From Candidatus Limnocylindrales bacterium (GTDB lineage Bacteria; Chloroflexota; Limnocylindria; Limnocylindrales; CSP1-4), in NCBI GenBank assembly GCA_036274475.1, contig DASUFO010000035.1, forward strand, positions 6,655-70,654: a stretch of DNA of 64,000 bases, given 5' to 3'. Each line of letters opens with the position of its first letter. Position 1 is the stretch's first letter. Position numbers and translations under genes: made by a program. This document shows, in pieces, positions 1 through 8,286 of the stretch. The notes under the pieces were generated by a model that saw only the letters and a list, made by a program, of their open reading frames with translations, was not told where the DNA came from and searched no databases.

Positions 1-383
1 TCGGTCGCGATCGCGTTGCCCATGATGTCGAGCGTGGGCCCGCTCCACTTGAAGGGGATGACCCCGGCGAGGTTCCAGGTCGTGATCTCCTCGCCCGTCG
101 ACGCCAGTGCGCTGATCGCCATCGTCGAGGGGATCACCTTGATCGCCTGCATCTGGAGCCACATCGCCAGCCACTGCGAGTTCGAATCGACGGGCCGCGA
201 GAGTCGCAGGTTCGTGTACTTGATCGGGCCGAGGAGCTTGTGCGTGAAGAGGTTGACCCCGCCCTCCTTGTACTCCTTGATGTCGTACTCGAAGCCGAGG
301 CCCTCGATCTTCGTCCAGACGCCGAGCGGCAGCACGCCGTCGATCGTGCAGCGGTAGACGATGCTCAGGGCCGGGTCGCTCAT
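1..383 (-). CDS. CIS tube-family protein (second tube, Afp5-like position). Only the N-terminal 127 codons are in the window; the gene runs off the left edge.
   Basis: Not in the ORF track because it is truncated. Reverse-strand ATG at 383..381 is preceded by AGGAG. Translation: MSDPALSIVYRCTIDGVLPLGVWTKIEGLGFEYDIKEYKEGGVNLFTHKLLGPIKYTNLRLSRPV... This shows the conserved phage tail tube (T4 gp19-like) signature: EGL..E..v.EYkEGG ... y.NL.L.R. Confidence 0.75.
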   Translation of the reverse strand, partial: MSDPALSIVYRCTIDGVLPLGVWTKIEGLGFEYDIKEYKEGGVNLFTHKLLGPIKYTNLRLSRPVDSNSQWLAMWLQMQAIKVIPSTMAISALASTGEEITTWNLAGVIPFKWSGPTLDIMGNAIAT

Positions 384-392
384 TCGTCGCTC

Positions 393-2369
393 CTAGATGT
401 CGAACGGCAGGCCGCGGGCCTCCCGCTCGTGGACGTATTCCATCCGCAGCTGGCGCTGGAACCGCGGGAACAGCGCCTTGGCGAGCTCCTCGAGCTCGCC
501 CTCCGATTGCCCGCCGCCGTCGTCCGGCGGCGGCGGCGCAGAGCCGTCGATGCGCTGCACGACGGGGCCCGACGCCTGGCCGCTCGCACCGAACGGGCCT
601 CCCGGCGTCGCCTGGACGATCGGGCCGAAGGCGCCGCTCGCGGCCGGCCCGACGATCGAGCCGCCGAGGATCGAGCCGCCCGCGCCGCCGGAGGCTGCCG
701 GAAAGTGGATGGTCGTCGTCGCCGGCGCGGCCGGAGCCGGCGTCGGCGGCCGGGCGAGCGTCATCGACGGCGCGTCGTGGCGACTCGTCTGGACCGTTCG
801 AGGGGAAGCGGCCGCTGGCGCCGAAGCGGGCATCGTCGCGAACAGGCTGGGCGCGGCGTCCAGGAACGTGCTCGACGATCCGCCGCCGGAGCCGGCAGCT
901 GGCACGGCCGTTGACGCGGCCCCGTCTGGCGCCGACCGCTGGACGGTCGCATCGTCGGCCGGGAGTGCGGCCGGTCCGACCGACGGTCGCAGCGATCGTG
1001 CGCCGACGAGGGGTCGTGGCTCGCTCGCTCGCGTGGACGGGGCGGCGGTCTGACGCTGGACCGGCGCAGCGTGCGCGGCGGCTGCCGCCGGGGATGTCGG
1101 GCGGTTGGCTTGTGAGCGTGCCACCGGCATCGACGCGGCGCCCGCGCCGGCGGACGCGGCCGGCGACGAAGGGGCGACGCGCGATCCGCCCGTCGCCGCC
1201 TCGACGTCGTGCCAGTGGCCAGGGCCACCTCCTTCGTCTGGGCCGCCTCCCGCCGCGGACCTCGAGACGACCGGCAGCTGGGGGAATCCGGCTGCCAACG
1301 GCCGGCCGACGTAGGGCGCCTGCGGTGAGCCGGGTCGCTCTGGGACTGGCAAGAGCGCGTCGTCGGCGTCGGCGGGCGAGACGCTCCGGGCGCCCTGCCC
1401 GCGCCGCTGGACCGTCGCGAAGATCGGTCGCGAGCCGGCGATCGGGGCGGCGCCAGGCGGACCGACGGCCGGCGACCGCGGGGCACCCGTCAGCACCGGT
1501 CCCGCCGCCGGAGTTCGCTGCAGCGTCGGCGGGTGAGCGCCGCGCAGCGGCGCGCCGAGGCCCGGCCGTCGGGGACCCGCTGGGCTGCTCGACGGGACCG
1601 CCGCATCCGGCGATCCGGATGGCAGCAACGGCGTGGTGCTCGGACCCGCCGCCCGGGTTGTCGCCTGAGGAGCGCCGGGCGCGGCCGGAGCGGTCGCCGA
1701 CGACGATGCCGTCGTGTCATCGGGCGAGGTCTGGACGTTCGTCCTTCGAGCGGCCGGCCGGTCGACGGGCCGCGGCGCGGCGATCGCGGCACTCGTCAGC
1801 GACCGCGTTGGGGCCTCGGCCCCGGAGCCTGGCGCGACCACCGGCAGCTGACGCGAGGGGGCCGTCGGCGCCGCCGCCGGCGAGACGGCTCCACCTTCAC
1901 CCGAGGCGGGTCCCCCGAGCGATGCACCCGCCGGCGCGGCCACCGGACCTGAATCGACAGTGACGGGGGCCGACAAGGCCCCGGCATCGGTCTCGGCCGT
2001 CCGGCGCTGGACGGGCCGGTCGACGAGCGATGCGTGGGACGTCAGCGAATCGACGGCGTGGACCGGAGCCGCAACCAGGCCGGCGGGCGCCAGCGGCGTC
2101 ACGTCATGACCCAGGGCGCCGACGATCGGCGGCAACGGCCGGGCGCCGGGAACCTCCGCGAGGAACGTTCGCGCGGACGCCACCACCGGCGGCTCGCCGC
2201 TGACGCGCTGGATCGGCGGCAACCCCGCCCAGGCGCCCGTGGGCGGCGCGTCGGGTGCCGGCCCGCGCGCTTCCGAGAGGCTCGGCAGCGTCGGGCCATC
2301 GCTCGTCGGCTCGGTCTCCGCCCGCGCCCCCTCCGAGCGGCCGAACGGCCACGGCAGGCGCACGATCAC
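393..2369 (-). CDS. Pro/Ala-rich CIS protein in the tape-measure position (function inferred from position only).
   Basis: 658 codons. The GTG start overlaps the upstream stop (GTGA at 2369-2366). The TAG stop lies 9 nt upstream of the next ATG, with AGGAG between them. Composition is low-complexity P/A/S/G, punctuated by seven (V/I/L)QR and two VQTS motifs. The C-terminus looks ordered: GELEELAKALFPRFQRQLRMEYVHEREARGLPFDI. Confidence 0.6.
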   Translation of the reverse strand: MIVRLPWPFGRSEGARAETEPTSDGPTLPSLSEARGPAPDAPPTGAWAGLPPIQRVSGEPPVVASARTFLAEVPGARPLPPIVGALGHDVTPLAPAGLVAAPVHAVDSLTSHASLVDRPVQRRTAETDAGALSAPVTVDSGPVAAPAGASLGGPASGEGGAVSPAAAPTAPSRQLPVVAPGSGAEAPTRSLTSAAIAAPRPVDRPAARRTNVQTSPDDTTASSSATAPAAPGAPQATTRAAGPSTTPLLPSGSPDAAVPSSSPAGPRRPGLGAPLRGAHPPTLQRTPAAGPVLTGAPRSPAVGPPGAAPIAGSRPIFATVQRRGQGARSVSPADADDALLPVPERPGSPQAPYVGRPLAAGFPQLPVVSRSAAGGGPDEGGGPGHWHDVEAATGGSRVAPSSPAASAGAGAASMPVARSQANRPTSPAAAAAHAAPVQRQTAAPSTRASEPRPLVGARSLRPSVGPAALPADDATVQRSAPDGAASTAVPAAGSGGGSSSTFLDAAPSLFATMPASAPAAASPRTVQTSRHDAPSMTLARPPTPAPAAPATTTIHFPAASGGAGGSILGGSIVGPAASGAFGPIVQATPGGPFGASGQASGPVVQRIDGSAPPPPDDGGGQSEGELEELAKALFPRFQRQLRMEYVHEREARGLPFDI

Positions 2370-2524
2370 GCCTCCTCGGACAGCCGCTTGTTGATCCGGC
2401 CGATCTCGTCAACGAAGCGCAGCCGGAGCGGATGCTCGAGGTCGAGAATCGTGTCCATCGGCCAGTGGAAGTGATAGGCGACGTACGCGACCTCTTCGAA
2501 CAGTCGATCCGTCGCGTACGTCAC
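2366..2524 (-). CDS. Small conserved CIS-associated protein, 52 aa (DUF6760-like; name from memory).
   Basis: Below the ORF-track length cutoff. GTG at 2524..2522 overlaps the upstream TGA (GTGA), and its own TGA (2368..2366) overlaps the next GTG. Translation: VTYATDRLFEEVAYVAYHFHWPMDTILDLEHPLRLRFVDEIGRINKRLSEEA. It is not low-complexity and looks helical. Confidence 0.6.
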   Translation of the reverse strand: MTYATDRLFEEVAYVAYHFHWPMDTILDLEHPLRLRFVDEIGRINKRLSEEA

Positions 2525-3015
2525 GATTCCCCCAGGCGCTGCTCACCCGCCACGTCCACTGTGAACCCGTGGTTGCAGGCCGGACAGGTCACGGACGCCT
2601 GGGTATGGCCCTCCTGGTTGATCCGTCGGTACAGGTCCTGGAGGAACGCGAGGTCCGACGCGAACAGGCCCTCGATGACCCCGGTGTGGACCTGCGGCAC
2701 GCTGCCGAGCCGGGTGACGACCCGTGACAGCAGGAGGATCGTCAGGTACGCCTCGTTCTCGCGGACCCGTGGATCGCGCTGCGGAATGATCTCGTCCCGG
2801 GCGGTGGCGAGGCGCATCACGCCCTCGCGGTGGACGGCGCCGGAGCCGTCGACGTAGCCGCGTGGCAGGACAAACGCGTACTCCGTGTGGAGCCCGTCCG
2901 CTCCGGCCGTCGGGACGGCGCCGGCGAGCCCGGCCGATCCGATCGCCGGGAGCCCCGGCCCGAGGCCGGCGGCCCCGGGCATGCTCAGTCCGTCGGGCCG
3001 CGTCGCGATCGTCAT
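2521..3015 (-). CDS. Phage tail assembly chaperone-like protein (Afp6 / gpE-gpG position).
   Basis: 164 aa. ATG at 3015 lies 7 nt after the tube stop. The N-terminus is Gly/Ala-rich. The core reads VMRLATARDEIIPQRDP...AYLTILLLSRVVTRLGS...LFASDLAFLQDLYRRIN, resembling the gpE/gpG-type chaperone pattern. C-terminal CPAC. The position between the tube gene and the putative tape measure supports the call. Confidence 0.55.
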   Translation of the reverse strand: MTIATRPDGLSMPGAAGLGPGLPAIGSAGLAGAVPTAGADGLHTEYAFVLPRGYVDGSGAVHREGVMRLATARDEIIPQRDPRVRENEAYLTILLLSRVVTRLGSVPQVHTGVIEGLFASDLAFLQDLYRRINQEGHTQASVTCPACNHGFTVDVAGEQRLGES

Positions 3016-3022
3016 CGGCCGC

Positions 3023-3457
3023 CTAGCCCTTCGCCAGCGTCTCGCACGACAGCGTGGCTTCCTCGATCTGGACCCCGCTGGCGGTCGCGCCGCCCTCCGA
3101 CAGGCTCAGCTTCGAGACCATCGCGTTCGTGAAGTTGTAGCGGACGACTTCCTCGCCGACCGTGTTCATGAGGATCGCCGAGCCGTTGCGGCGGTCCGGC
3201 GTGCCCTGCATGACGGCCAGGTGCCAGTCCCAGAGCTCCGTCGCGCCGGTGAGGCCGCGCTTCAGCGTGATCGTCGGCGTCTTCGGCTTGCCCGGCAACT
3301 TGCCGATCGTGATCTTGCCCTGTTCGTTCACGAACGGGTTGTCGACGATCTCGACCTCGCTGGCGACGCCGGAGACCGACGTGAAGTTCGCCACGACGCC
3401 CATGCCGTCGATGTCGAGCAGTACGTTGCCTTGCAGCAGGGGATCGGTTGTCGGCAC
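3023..3457 (-). CDS. CIS tail tube protein (T4 gp19-like / Afp1-Pvc1-like).
   Basis: 144 aa. GTG start with AAGGGAG about 7 nt upstream. Sequence: MPTTDPLLQGNVLLDIDGMGVVANFTSVSGVASEVEIVDN...ITLKRGLTGATELWDWH..., typical tube-family sequence. Confidence 0.85.
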   Translation of the reverse strand: MPTTDPLLQGNVLLDIDGMGVVANFTSVSGVASEVEIVDNPFVNEQGKITIGKLPGKPKTPTITLKRGLTGATELWDWHLAVMQGTPDRRNGSAILMNTVGEEVVRYNFTNAMVSKLSLSEGGATASGVQIEEATLSCETLAKG

Positions 3458-3537
3458 TGATGTCTCCCTTCGACCGTGCGGTCACTTGCCTGCGGTGCGG
3501 GCGGCGCCGGGTGGGGCCACGGCGCCGCCGCCGGGGA

Positions 3538-5064
3538 CTACTCCTCGACCGTTGCGCCGCCCGAGAACTGGGCGATGCGGAAGACGACGAACTCGGCTGG
3601 CTTGACCGGCGCGATGCCGATGTCGACGACGAGCTGGCCGGCGTCGCGGGACTCCGGCGGGTTGTTCTCCTCGTCGCACTTCACGAAGAACGCCTGGTCG
3701 GGCGTCGCGCCGAAGAGCGCGCCGTCGCGCCAGACGCGGAGCAGGAACGCGTTGACGGTCCGCTTCACGCGGCCCCAGAGGCGCATGTCGTTCGGCTCGA
3801 ACACCACCCACTGAGTGCCCTCGAAGATCGACTCCTCGACGAAGTTGAACAGCCGCCGGACGTTCAGGTACCGCCAGGCCGGATCGCTGGACAGCGTTCG
3901 TGCGCCCCAGACCCGGATGCCGCGGCCGGGGAACGCCCGGATGCAGTTGATCCCAGAGGGATTCAGTTGGTCGTGCTCGGCCTTGGTGATGTTCAGCTCG
4001 AGCGAGATCGCGCCCCGGATCACCTCGTTGGCCGGCGCCTTGTGGACGCCGCGGGTGTCGTCGCTCCGGGCCCAGATGCCGGCCATGTGGCCGCTCGGCG
4101 GGACGTGCGTCGCCTGGCCCGACAGTGGATCGAAGACCTTGATCCACGGCCAGTAGAGCGTCGCGTACTTGCTGTCGTAGCCGGCCTTGTCGACCCGCCA
4201 CTCCTTGATCTGCTGAGCGTTGAGACCGGGCGGCGCGTCGAGGATCGCGACGCGGTCGCCCATCAGCTCGCAGTGGGCGATCATCGCGAGCTGGACGGCC
4301 TGCAGGCCCTCGAGGTCGATGTTGCCCGCCTGGTAGACGGCCATGAGATCCGGGACGCTGAGCATCGTGATCTCGTCGACCGCCTCGAGCCCGGCGAACC
4401 CGGTCCGGTCGGCGCTGTTGCCGACGTAGTCGTCGGGGGTCACGCGGACCGGGACGCTCGTTCCGCCGCCACTGAGCGAGACGGAGCCGGTCGCGGGTAC
4501 GCGCTCGGCGACCGCCGCGCTGCCGACTTCCTCGATCGCGATGAGCTTGGACTCGGCCTTCACGACCGTGACGACGTTCTGCTTGCCCTTGCCGGTGGTG
4601 AGGTTGTCGAACGTCTCGACCGGCCGGCCGCCCTGGTTCACCGTGATCTTGAAGGTGTTCTCGGCGGTCTCGGATGACGGGCCGATGTCGACGGTGATGT
4701 CGTTCCCGCCGGGGCCGGCCTCCAGAGCCGAGACCCGGTACGTCGGGCTGTCCTTCTCCTTGGCGCTCGTCAGCTGGCCGGTCGCGGTCGGCATCGCGCC
4801 GTCAGCGCCGATGCGGACGATGTACGCAGCGCCGCCGCCGTTCAGGAAGTAGCCGTAGACGGCGTGGGCGAGATACGAGCCCTCGATGAAGTCACCGAAC
4901 GTCTGGGTGAACTGGCTCCAGTTCGTGACGAGCGTCGGCGTGTTCGCGGGTCCGCGCGCGGCGAGCCCGACGAACGCGGCTACGGCCGTTCCGACGCCCT
5001 CGATCGGACGCGAACCAGCCTCTACCTCCTCGATGTAGACGCCTGGGGACAGGTAGTTCGGCAT
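3538..5064 (-). CDS. Contractile tail sheath protein.
   Basis: The track ORF 3538..5547 is over-extended. The internal ATG at 5064..5062 gives MPNYLSPGVYIEEVEAGSRPIEGVGTAVAAFVGLA..., the canonical sheath N-terminus. The C-terminus ...IGIAPVKPAEFVVFRIAQF is also sheath-like. 508 aa. Confidence 0.9.
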   Translation of the reverse strand: MPNYLSPGVYIEEVEAGSRPIEGVGTAVAAFVGLAARGPANTPTLVTNWSQFTQTFGDFIEGSYLAHAVYGYFLNGGGAAYIVRIGADGAMPTATGQLTSAKEKDSPTYRVSALEAGPGGNDITVDIGPSSETAENTFKITVNQGGRPVETFDNLTTGKGKQNVVTVVKAESKLIAIEEVGSAAVAERVPATGSVSLSGGGTSVPVRVTPDDYVGNSADRTGFAGLEAVDEITMLSVPDLMAVYQAGNIDLEGLQAVQLAMIAHCELMGDRVAILDAPPGLNAQQIKEWRVDKAGYDSKYATLYWPWIKVFDPLSGQATHVPPSGHMAGIWARSDDTRGVHKAPANEVIRGAISLELNITKAEHDQLNPSGINCIRAFPGRGIRVWGARTLSSDPAWRYLNVRRLFNFVEESIFEGTQWVVFEPNDMRLWGRVKRTVNAFLLRVWRDGALFGATPDQAFFVKCDEENNPPESRDAGQLVVDIGIAPVKPAEFVVFRIAQFSGGATVEE

Positions 5065-5250
5065 GCGGGGCCCCTTCGCTGCGGAGGACAACCGGATACC
5101 GCCGACGCTCCCACCGCGCGCGGTCCCGGACAAGGACCGACCGGTCACGCGCCGGGGCCGGGATGTTGCCCGAAGGGGCGATCGGGCCTGCCCCGACGGC
5201 TGCCCGTCGGCGGCTGGTCGGCGCCGCCCATCGATTGGACGATCGCGCGG
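5065..5250. promoter_or_regulatory. Divergent intergenic (promoter) region between the sheath arm and the cap/ATPase arm.
   Basis: 186 nt between the two start codons. It contains perfect dyads CGGTCC-N7-GGACCG (5121-5139) and CCGACGG-N4-CCGTCGG (5193-5210). No -35/-10 hexamers are recognisable by eye. Confidence 0.4.
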
Positions 5251-5979
5251 ATGATCCATGAAGTCGACCAGCTGCTCGAGAAGCTGGTGAAGAAGGACGC
5301 GCTCAACGGCTCGTCCGTCGAGCTCGTGTTCGACGCGCCGACCAAGGACTGGGTCGCCCGACGGAGCGGCCCCGCCGTCGACCTGTACCTCTACGACATC
5401 CGCGAGGATCTCGAGCGGCGGGTGCCGGCCTGGGAGGACAAGAAGGACGCCGCCGGCGAGCGGACGACGGATCGCCGCCTCCCGCCCCGGCGCTACCGTC
5501 TCGCGTACCTCGTGACCGCGTGGACCCAGCGTCCGGAGGACGAGCACCGCCTGCTGTCGGCGCTCCTCGGCTGCTTCATCCGGAACGCCATGCTCAAGCC
5601 CGACGAACTCGAGGGAGCGCTCGCCGAGCCCGACCTGCCGATCTACATCGACGTCGCCCAGCCGCCGTCGCAGGACCGCTCGCTCGCGGACGTCTGGTCG
5701 GCGCTCGGCGGCGAGCTGAAGCCGTCGCTCGACGTGATCGTGACGGCGCCGATGGTCGTCTCCCGCAGCGCGCCGTACGGACCGCCGGTCCTCATCGGCC
5801 CGTCGCTCGGGATCGCAGCCGTGGGCGGGCCCAACGAAATCATCGAGGCGACGTCACGGGGCAAGCCCAGGCGGACGAACCGGCGGCTCGAGCCGCTGCC
5901 CGAAGAGACCGTCCCGAAACACGCGAAGGACGACGACCCGGGCCTGAGGCTCCGCGTTCGCGGCCTGCGCGCGGGCTGA
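5251..5979 (+). CDS. DUF4255 (Pvc16/Afp16-like) tail terminator/cap protein.
   Basis: The ATG at 5251 lies inside track ORF 4864..5979. Sequence: MIHEVDQLLEKLVKKDALNGSSVELVFDAPTKDWVARRSGPAVDLYLYDIREDLERR..., the typical DUF4255 N-domain motif (vdLyLYdi.E...R). Confidence 0.85.
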   Translation: MIHEVDQLLEKLVKKDALNGSSVELVFDAPTKDWVARRSGPAVDLYLYDIREDLERRVPAWEDKKDAAGERTTDRRLPPRRYRLAYLVTAWTQRPEDEHRLLSALLGCFIRNAMLKPDELEGALAEPDLPIYIDVAQPPSQDRSLADVWSALGGELKPSLDVIVTAPMVVSRSAPYGPPVLIGPSLGIAAVGGPNEIIEATSRGKPRRTNRRLEPLPEETVPKHAKDDDPGLRLRVRGLRAG

Positions 5980-5991
5980 CGGCGGGCCGGC

Positions 5992-8175
5992 ATGGCGGCG
6001 GCCAAGGCGCCCACGGCTCGATCTCAGACGGACGCAGGGCCGGCGAGGGACGGCGTTGCGCCTGCCCGCTCAGCCAGTGCGCCGGCGTCCTCCTCGGCGT
6101 CGTCGTCGGCCGAGGCGTCGCTCGCCTATCTGTTCGCCAGGCTGGAGATCGTCGAGGCGCGCGTCCGGGCTGCGGTCGATCGGCGCCGCGCCGACGACGT
6201 GGACCCGACCGATCGGTTCCGCGGCCTCTACATCTCCGATGCCCAGGTCGACGGGCTGCTCGCCGGCGCCACCGGGCCGTGGCTTCCGGACGAGGTCGAC
6301 GCCGCGACCACGGCGGCGCTCGCCTCGATCGAGGCCAACGCTGCGGCCGCCGAGCGGACCGGGGCGGATCTCCGCCTGCGACGCCTCGCGCGGTCGTTCG
6401 GCCTCGACGCATACGACGTCGAGCTGCTGCTGATCGCGCTCGCCCCGGACCTCGAGCCGCGCTTCGAACGGCTCTACGGCTATCTCCACGACGACGTCTC
6501 GCGGCGTCGAGCGAGCGCCGGTCTCGCGCTCGAGCTGTGCGGCTCGGGAGCTAGTCCCGGCACGGCTCCCGGCCGGGCGCGCCTGGGGCCCTCGGCGCCA
6601 CTCGTCGCGCGCGGCCTGATCGTCGTCGAAGACCCGGAGCGACCGTTCCTGACGCGCTCGCTGCGGGTCCCGGACCGAGTTGCCGCCCACCTGCTCGGCG
6701 ACGACACTCCGGATCCCGCGATCGAGCAGCTCCTCGTGGATTCGGTGGCGGCAGAGATCGGCGACGTCGACATGCTCGTTCGGGCGCTCGCGTCAGAGGT
6801 CCCGCTCGTCTACATCCGGGAGCGGCCGGGCGCGTCCGGCGGGTCGCTGGCCCGCGCGGCCCTCGCCCGCGTCGGCCGGCCGGTCGTCGAGCTCGACCTG
6901 AACCGGCTCGCGCCGACCGACGAGCCACGGACGATCGCCGCCGCCGCGGCGCGCGAGGCCGGGCTGCTCGGCGCGGGCCTCGTCGTCGGACCGCTGGAAC
7001 CGCTCGTCGACCAGGGCCCGGCGGCCGTGCGGGTGTTCGCGGAGTCGCGTCCCGGCATCGTGCTCATCGGCAATCGCGCGTGGGACCCGGCGTGGTCCCT
7101 CGAACCGCCGCTCCTGCTCGACGCGCCCGTGGCGACCGTCAAGGAACGCCACGAGATGTGGCTGGCGTCGCTCAACGGCGCGACGCCGACCGGCTTCGAC
7201 CCGGCGATCGTGACGCTCGCGTTCCGCCTCGCTCCGGGCCAGATCCGGCGCGCCGCCCAGGCTGCCCATCGGGCGTCCGATGCCGCGGACCGGCGGATGA
7301 CCGTCGACGACATTTCGGCCGGGGCGCGTGCTCAGAACGCGGCCGGCCTGGAGCGGCTCGCCCGGCGCATCGAACCGATGGTCGAGTGGGCGGACCTGGT
7401 CCTGCCACCGGTCGTCGACGCCCAGCTCCACGAGCTGACCGCGCGGGCCCGACATCGCGAGACTGTCGTCGGCGCGTGGGGAATGGGCCAGCGATCGCGC
7501 TCCCGGGGCATCACCGCGCTGTTCGCCGGCGACTCCGGCACGGGCAAGACGATGTCAGCCGAGGTCCTCGCCCATGACCTCGACTTCGACCTGTACGTGA
7601 TCGATCTCTCGACCGTCGTCGACAAGTACATCGGCGAGACCGAGAAGAACCTCGACCGGATCTTCACGGAGGCGGACCGGGTCAACGGCGTCCTCCTCTT
7701 CGACGAGGCCGATGCGCTGTTCGGCAAGCGGAGCGAGGTGAAGGACGCCCGCGATCGATATGCGAACGTGGAGGTCGCGTACCTCCTCCAGCGGATGGAG
7801 TCGTTCGACGGGGTGGCAATCCTCACGACGAATCTCCGGACGAACGTCGACGAGGCGTTCACCCGGCGGCTCGACGCGATCGTCGACTTCCCGATGCCCG
7901 AGGAGGAGGACCGCCGCCGGCTGTGGATGGCGAACCTGCCGGCGTCGCTGCCCCGCGACGGCGACCTCGACCTCGACTTCCTCGCCCGCCAGTTCCGCGT
8001 GTCGGGCGGCAACATCAAGAACATCTGCGTCACCGCGGCCTATCTCGCCGCCGCGGATGGCCGGCGCGTGTCGATGGCGGACCTGATCCGCGGCACGGAT
8101 CGCGAATACCGCAAGCTCGGCCGGCTCACGGTCGAGGCCGAGTTCGGCCCGTACTTCGAGCTGGTCTCGACATGA
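5992..8175 (+). CDS. CIS-associated AAA+ ATPase (Afp15/Pvc15-like).
   Basis: 727 aa. Walker A GDSGTGKT, Walker B VLLFDEADALF, and the sensor region ILTTNLRTNVDEAFTRRLD in the C-terminal third. It has the long N-terminal extension characteristic of eCIS ATPases. It starts 12 nt after the DUF4255 stop. Confidence 0.9.
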   Translation: MAAAKAPTARSQTDAGPARDGVAPARSASAPASSSASSSAEASLAYLFARLEIVEARVRAAVDRRRADDVDPTDRFRGLYISDAQVDGLLAGATGPWLPDEVDAATTAALASIEANAAAAERTGADLRLRRLARSFGLDAYDVELLLIALAPDLEPRFERLYGYLHDDVSRRRASAGLALELCGSGASPGTAPGRARLGPSAPLVARGLIVVEDPERPFLTRSLRVPDRVAAHLLGDDTPDPAIEQLLVDSVAAEIGDVDMLVRALASEVPLVYIRERPGASGGSLARAALARVGRPVVELDLNRLAPTDEPRTIAAAAAREAGLLGAGLVVGPLEPLVDQGPAAVRVFAESRPGIVLIGNRAWDPAWSLEPPLLLDAPVATVKERHEMWLASLNGATPTGFDPAIVTLAFRLAPGQIRRAAQAAHRASDAADRRMTVDDISAGARAQNAAGLERLARRIEPMVEWADLVLPPVVDAQLHELTARARHRETVVGAWGMGQRSRSRGITALFAGDSGTGKTMSAEVLAHDLDFDLYVIDLSTVVDKYIGETEKNLDRIFTEADRVNGVLLFDEADALFGKRSEVKDARDRYANVEVAYLLQRMESFDGVAILTTNLRTNVDEAFTRRLDAIVDFPMPEEEDRRRLWMANLPASLPRDGDLDLDFLARQFRVSGGNIKNICVTAAYLAAADGRRVSMADLIRGTDREYRKLGRLTVEAEFGPYFELVST

Positions 8176-8286
8176 GCCCGCCTCGCCGATGCCCGATCGG
8201 GCAGATGTGGCTGCGCGGCGTACCGGATGCCTTGTCCGGCCGCCCCCGAAGGGTGATGCTGGGACGACCACGTCGGAGGACGACCG

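Noticed and set aside
240-2474. Alternative ORFs inside the Pro/Ala-rich gene region (240..914+, 397..1053+, 761..1486-, 911..1963+, 2034..2474+ and others).
   Set aside because: They are Arg-rich and mutually overlapping. None has the start/stop coupling to neighbours shown by the 393..2369 frame. The coding call for 393..2369 itself still rests on context, so its confidence is kept moderate.
2521-2545. A canonical -1 programmed frameshift heptamer (X_XXY_YYZ) at the end of the chaperone-like gene.
   Set aside because: Only a G5 run is present (CUG GGG GAA), not a canonical slippery heptamer, and I could identify no downstream pseudoknot. It is kept only as a low-confidence hypothesis in the findings.
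5160-5180. A shared 8-mer TGCCCGAA followed by GGG, found in both the CIS divergent region (about 5167) and next to the 9906-9925 dyad.
   Set aside because: An 8-nt match is expected by chance about twice in 64 kb on two strands, so it is not evidence for a common operator.
3538-5547. Over-extended N-termini in the ORF track (3538..5547, 9121..10263, 17427..19007, 18134..19936, 27631..28734, 33461..34036, 41991..43295, 47224..48453, 53849..54742, 51248..52099).
   Set aside because: The upstream extensions are Arg/Pro-rich, overlap neighbouring genes, or run through intergenic hairpins. Internal starts with RBS-like sequences give N-termini that match the family consensus.
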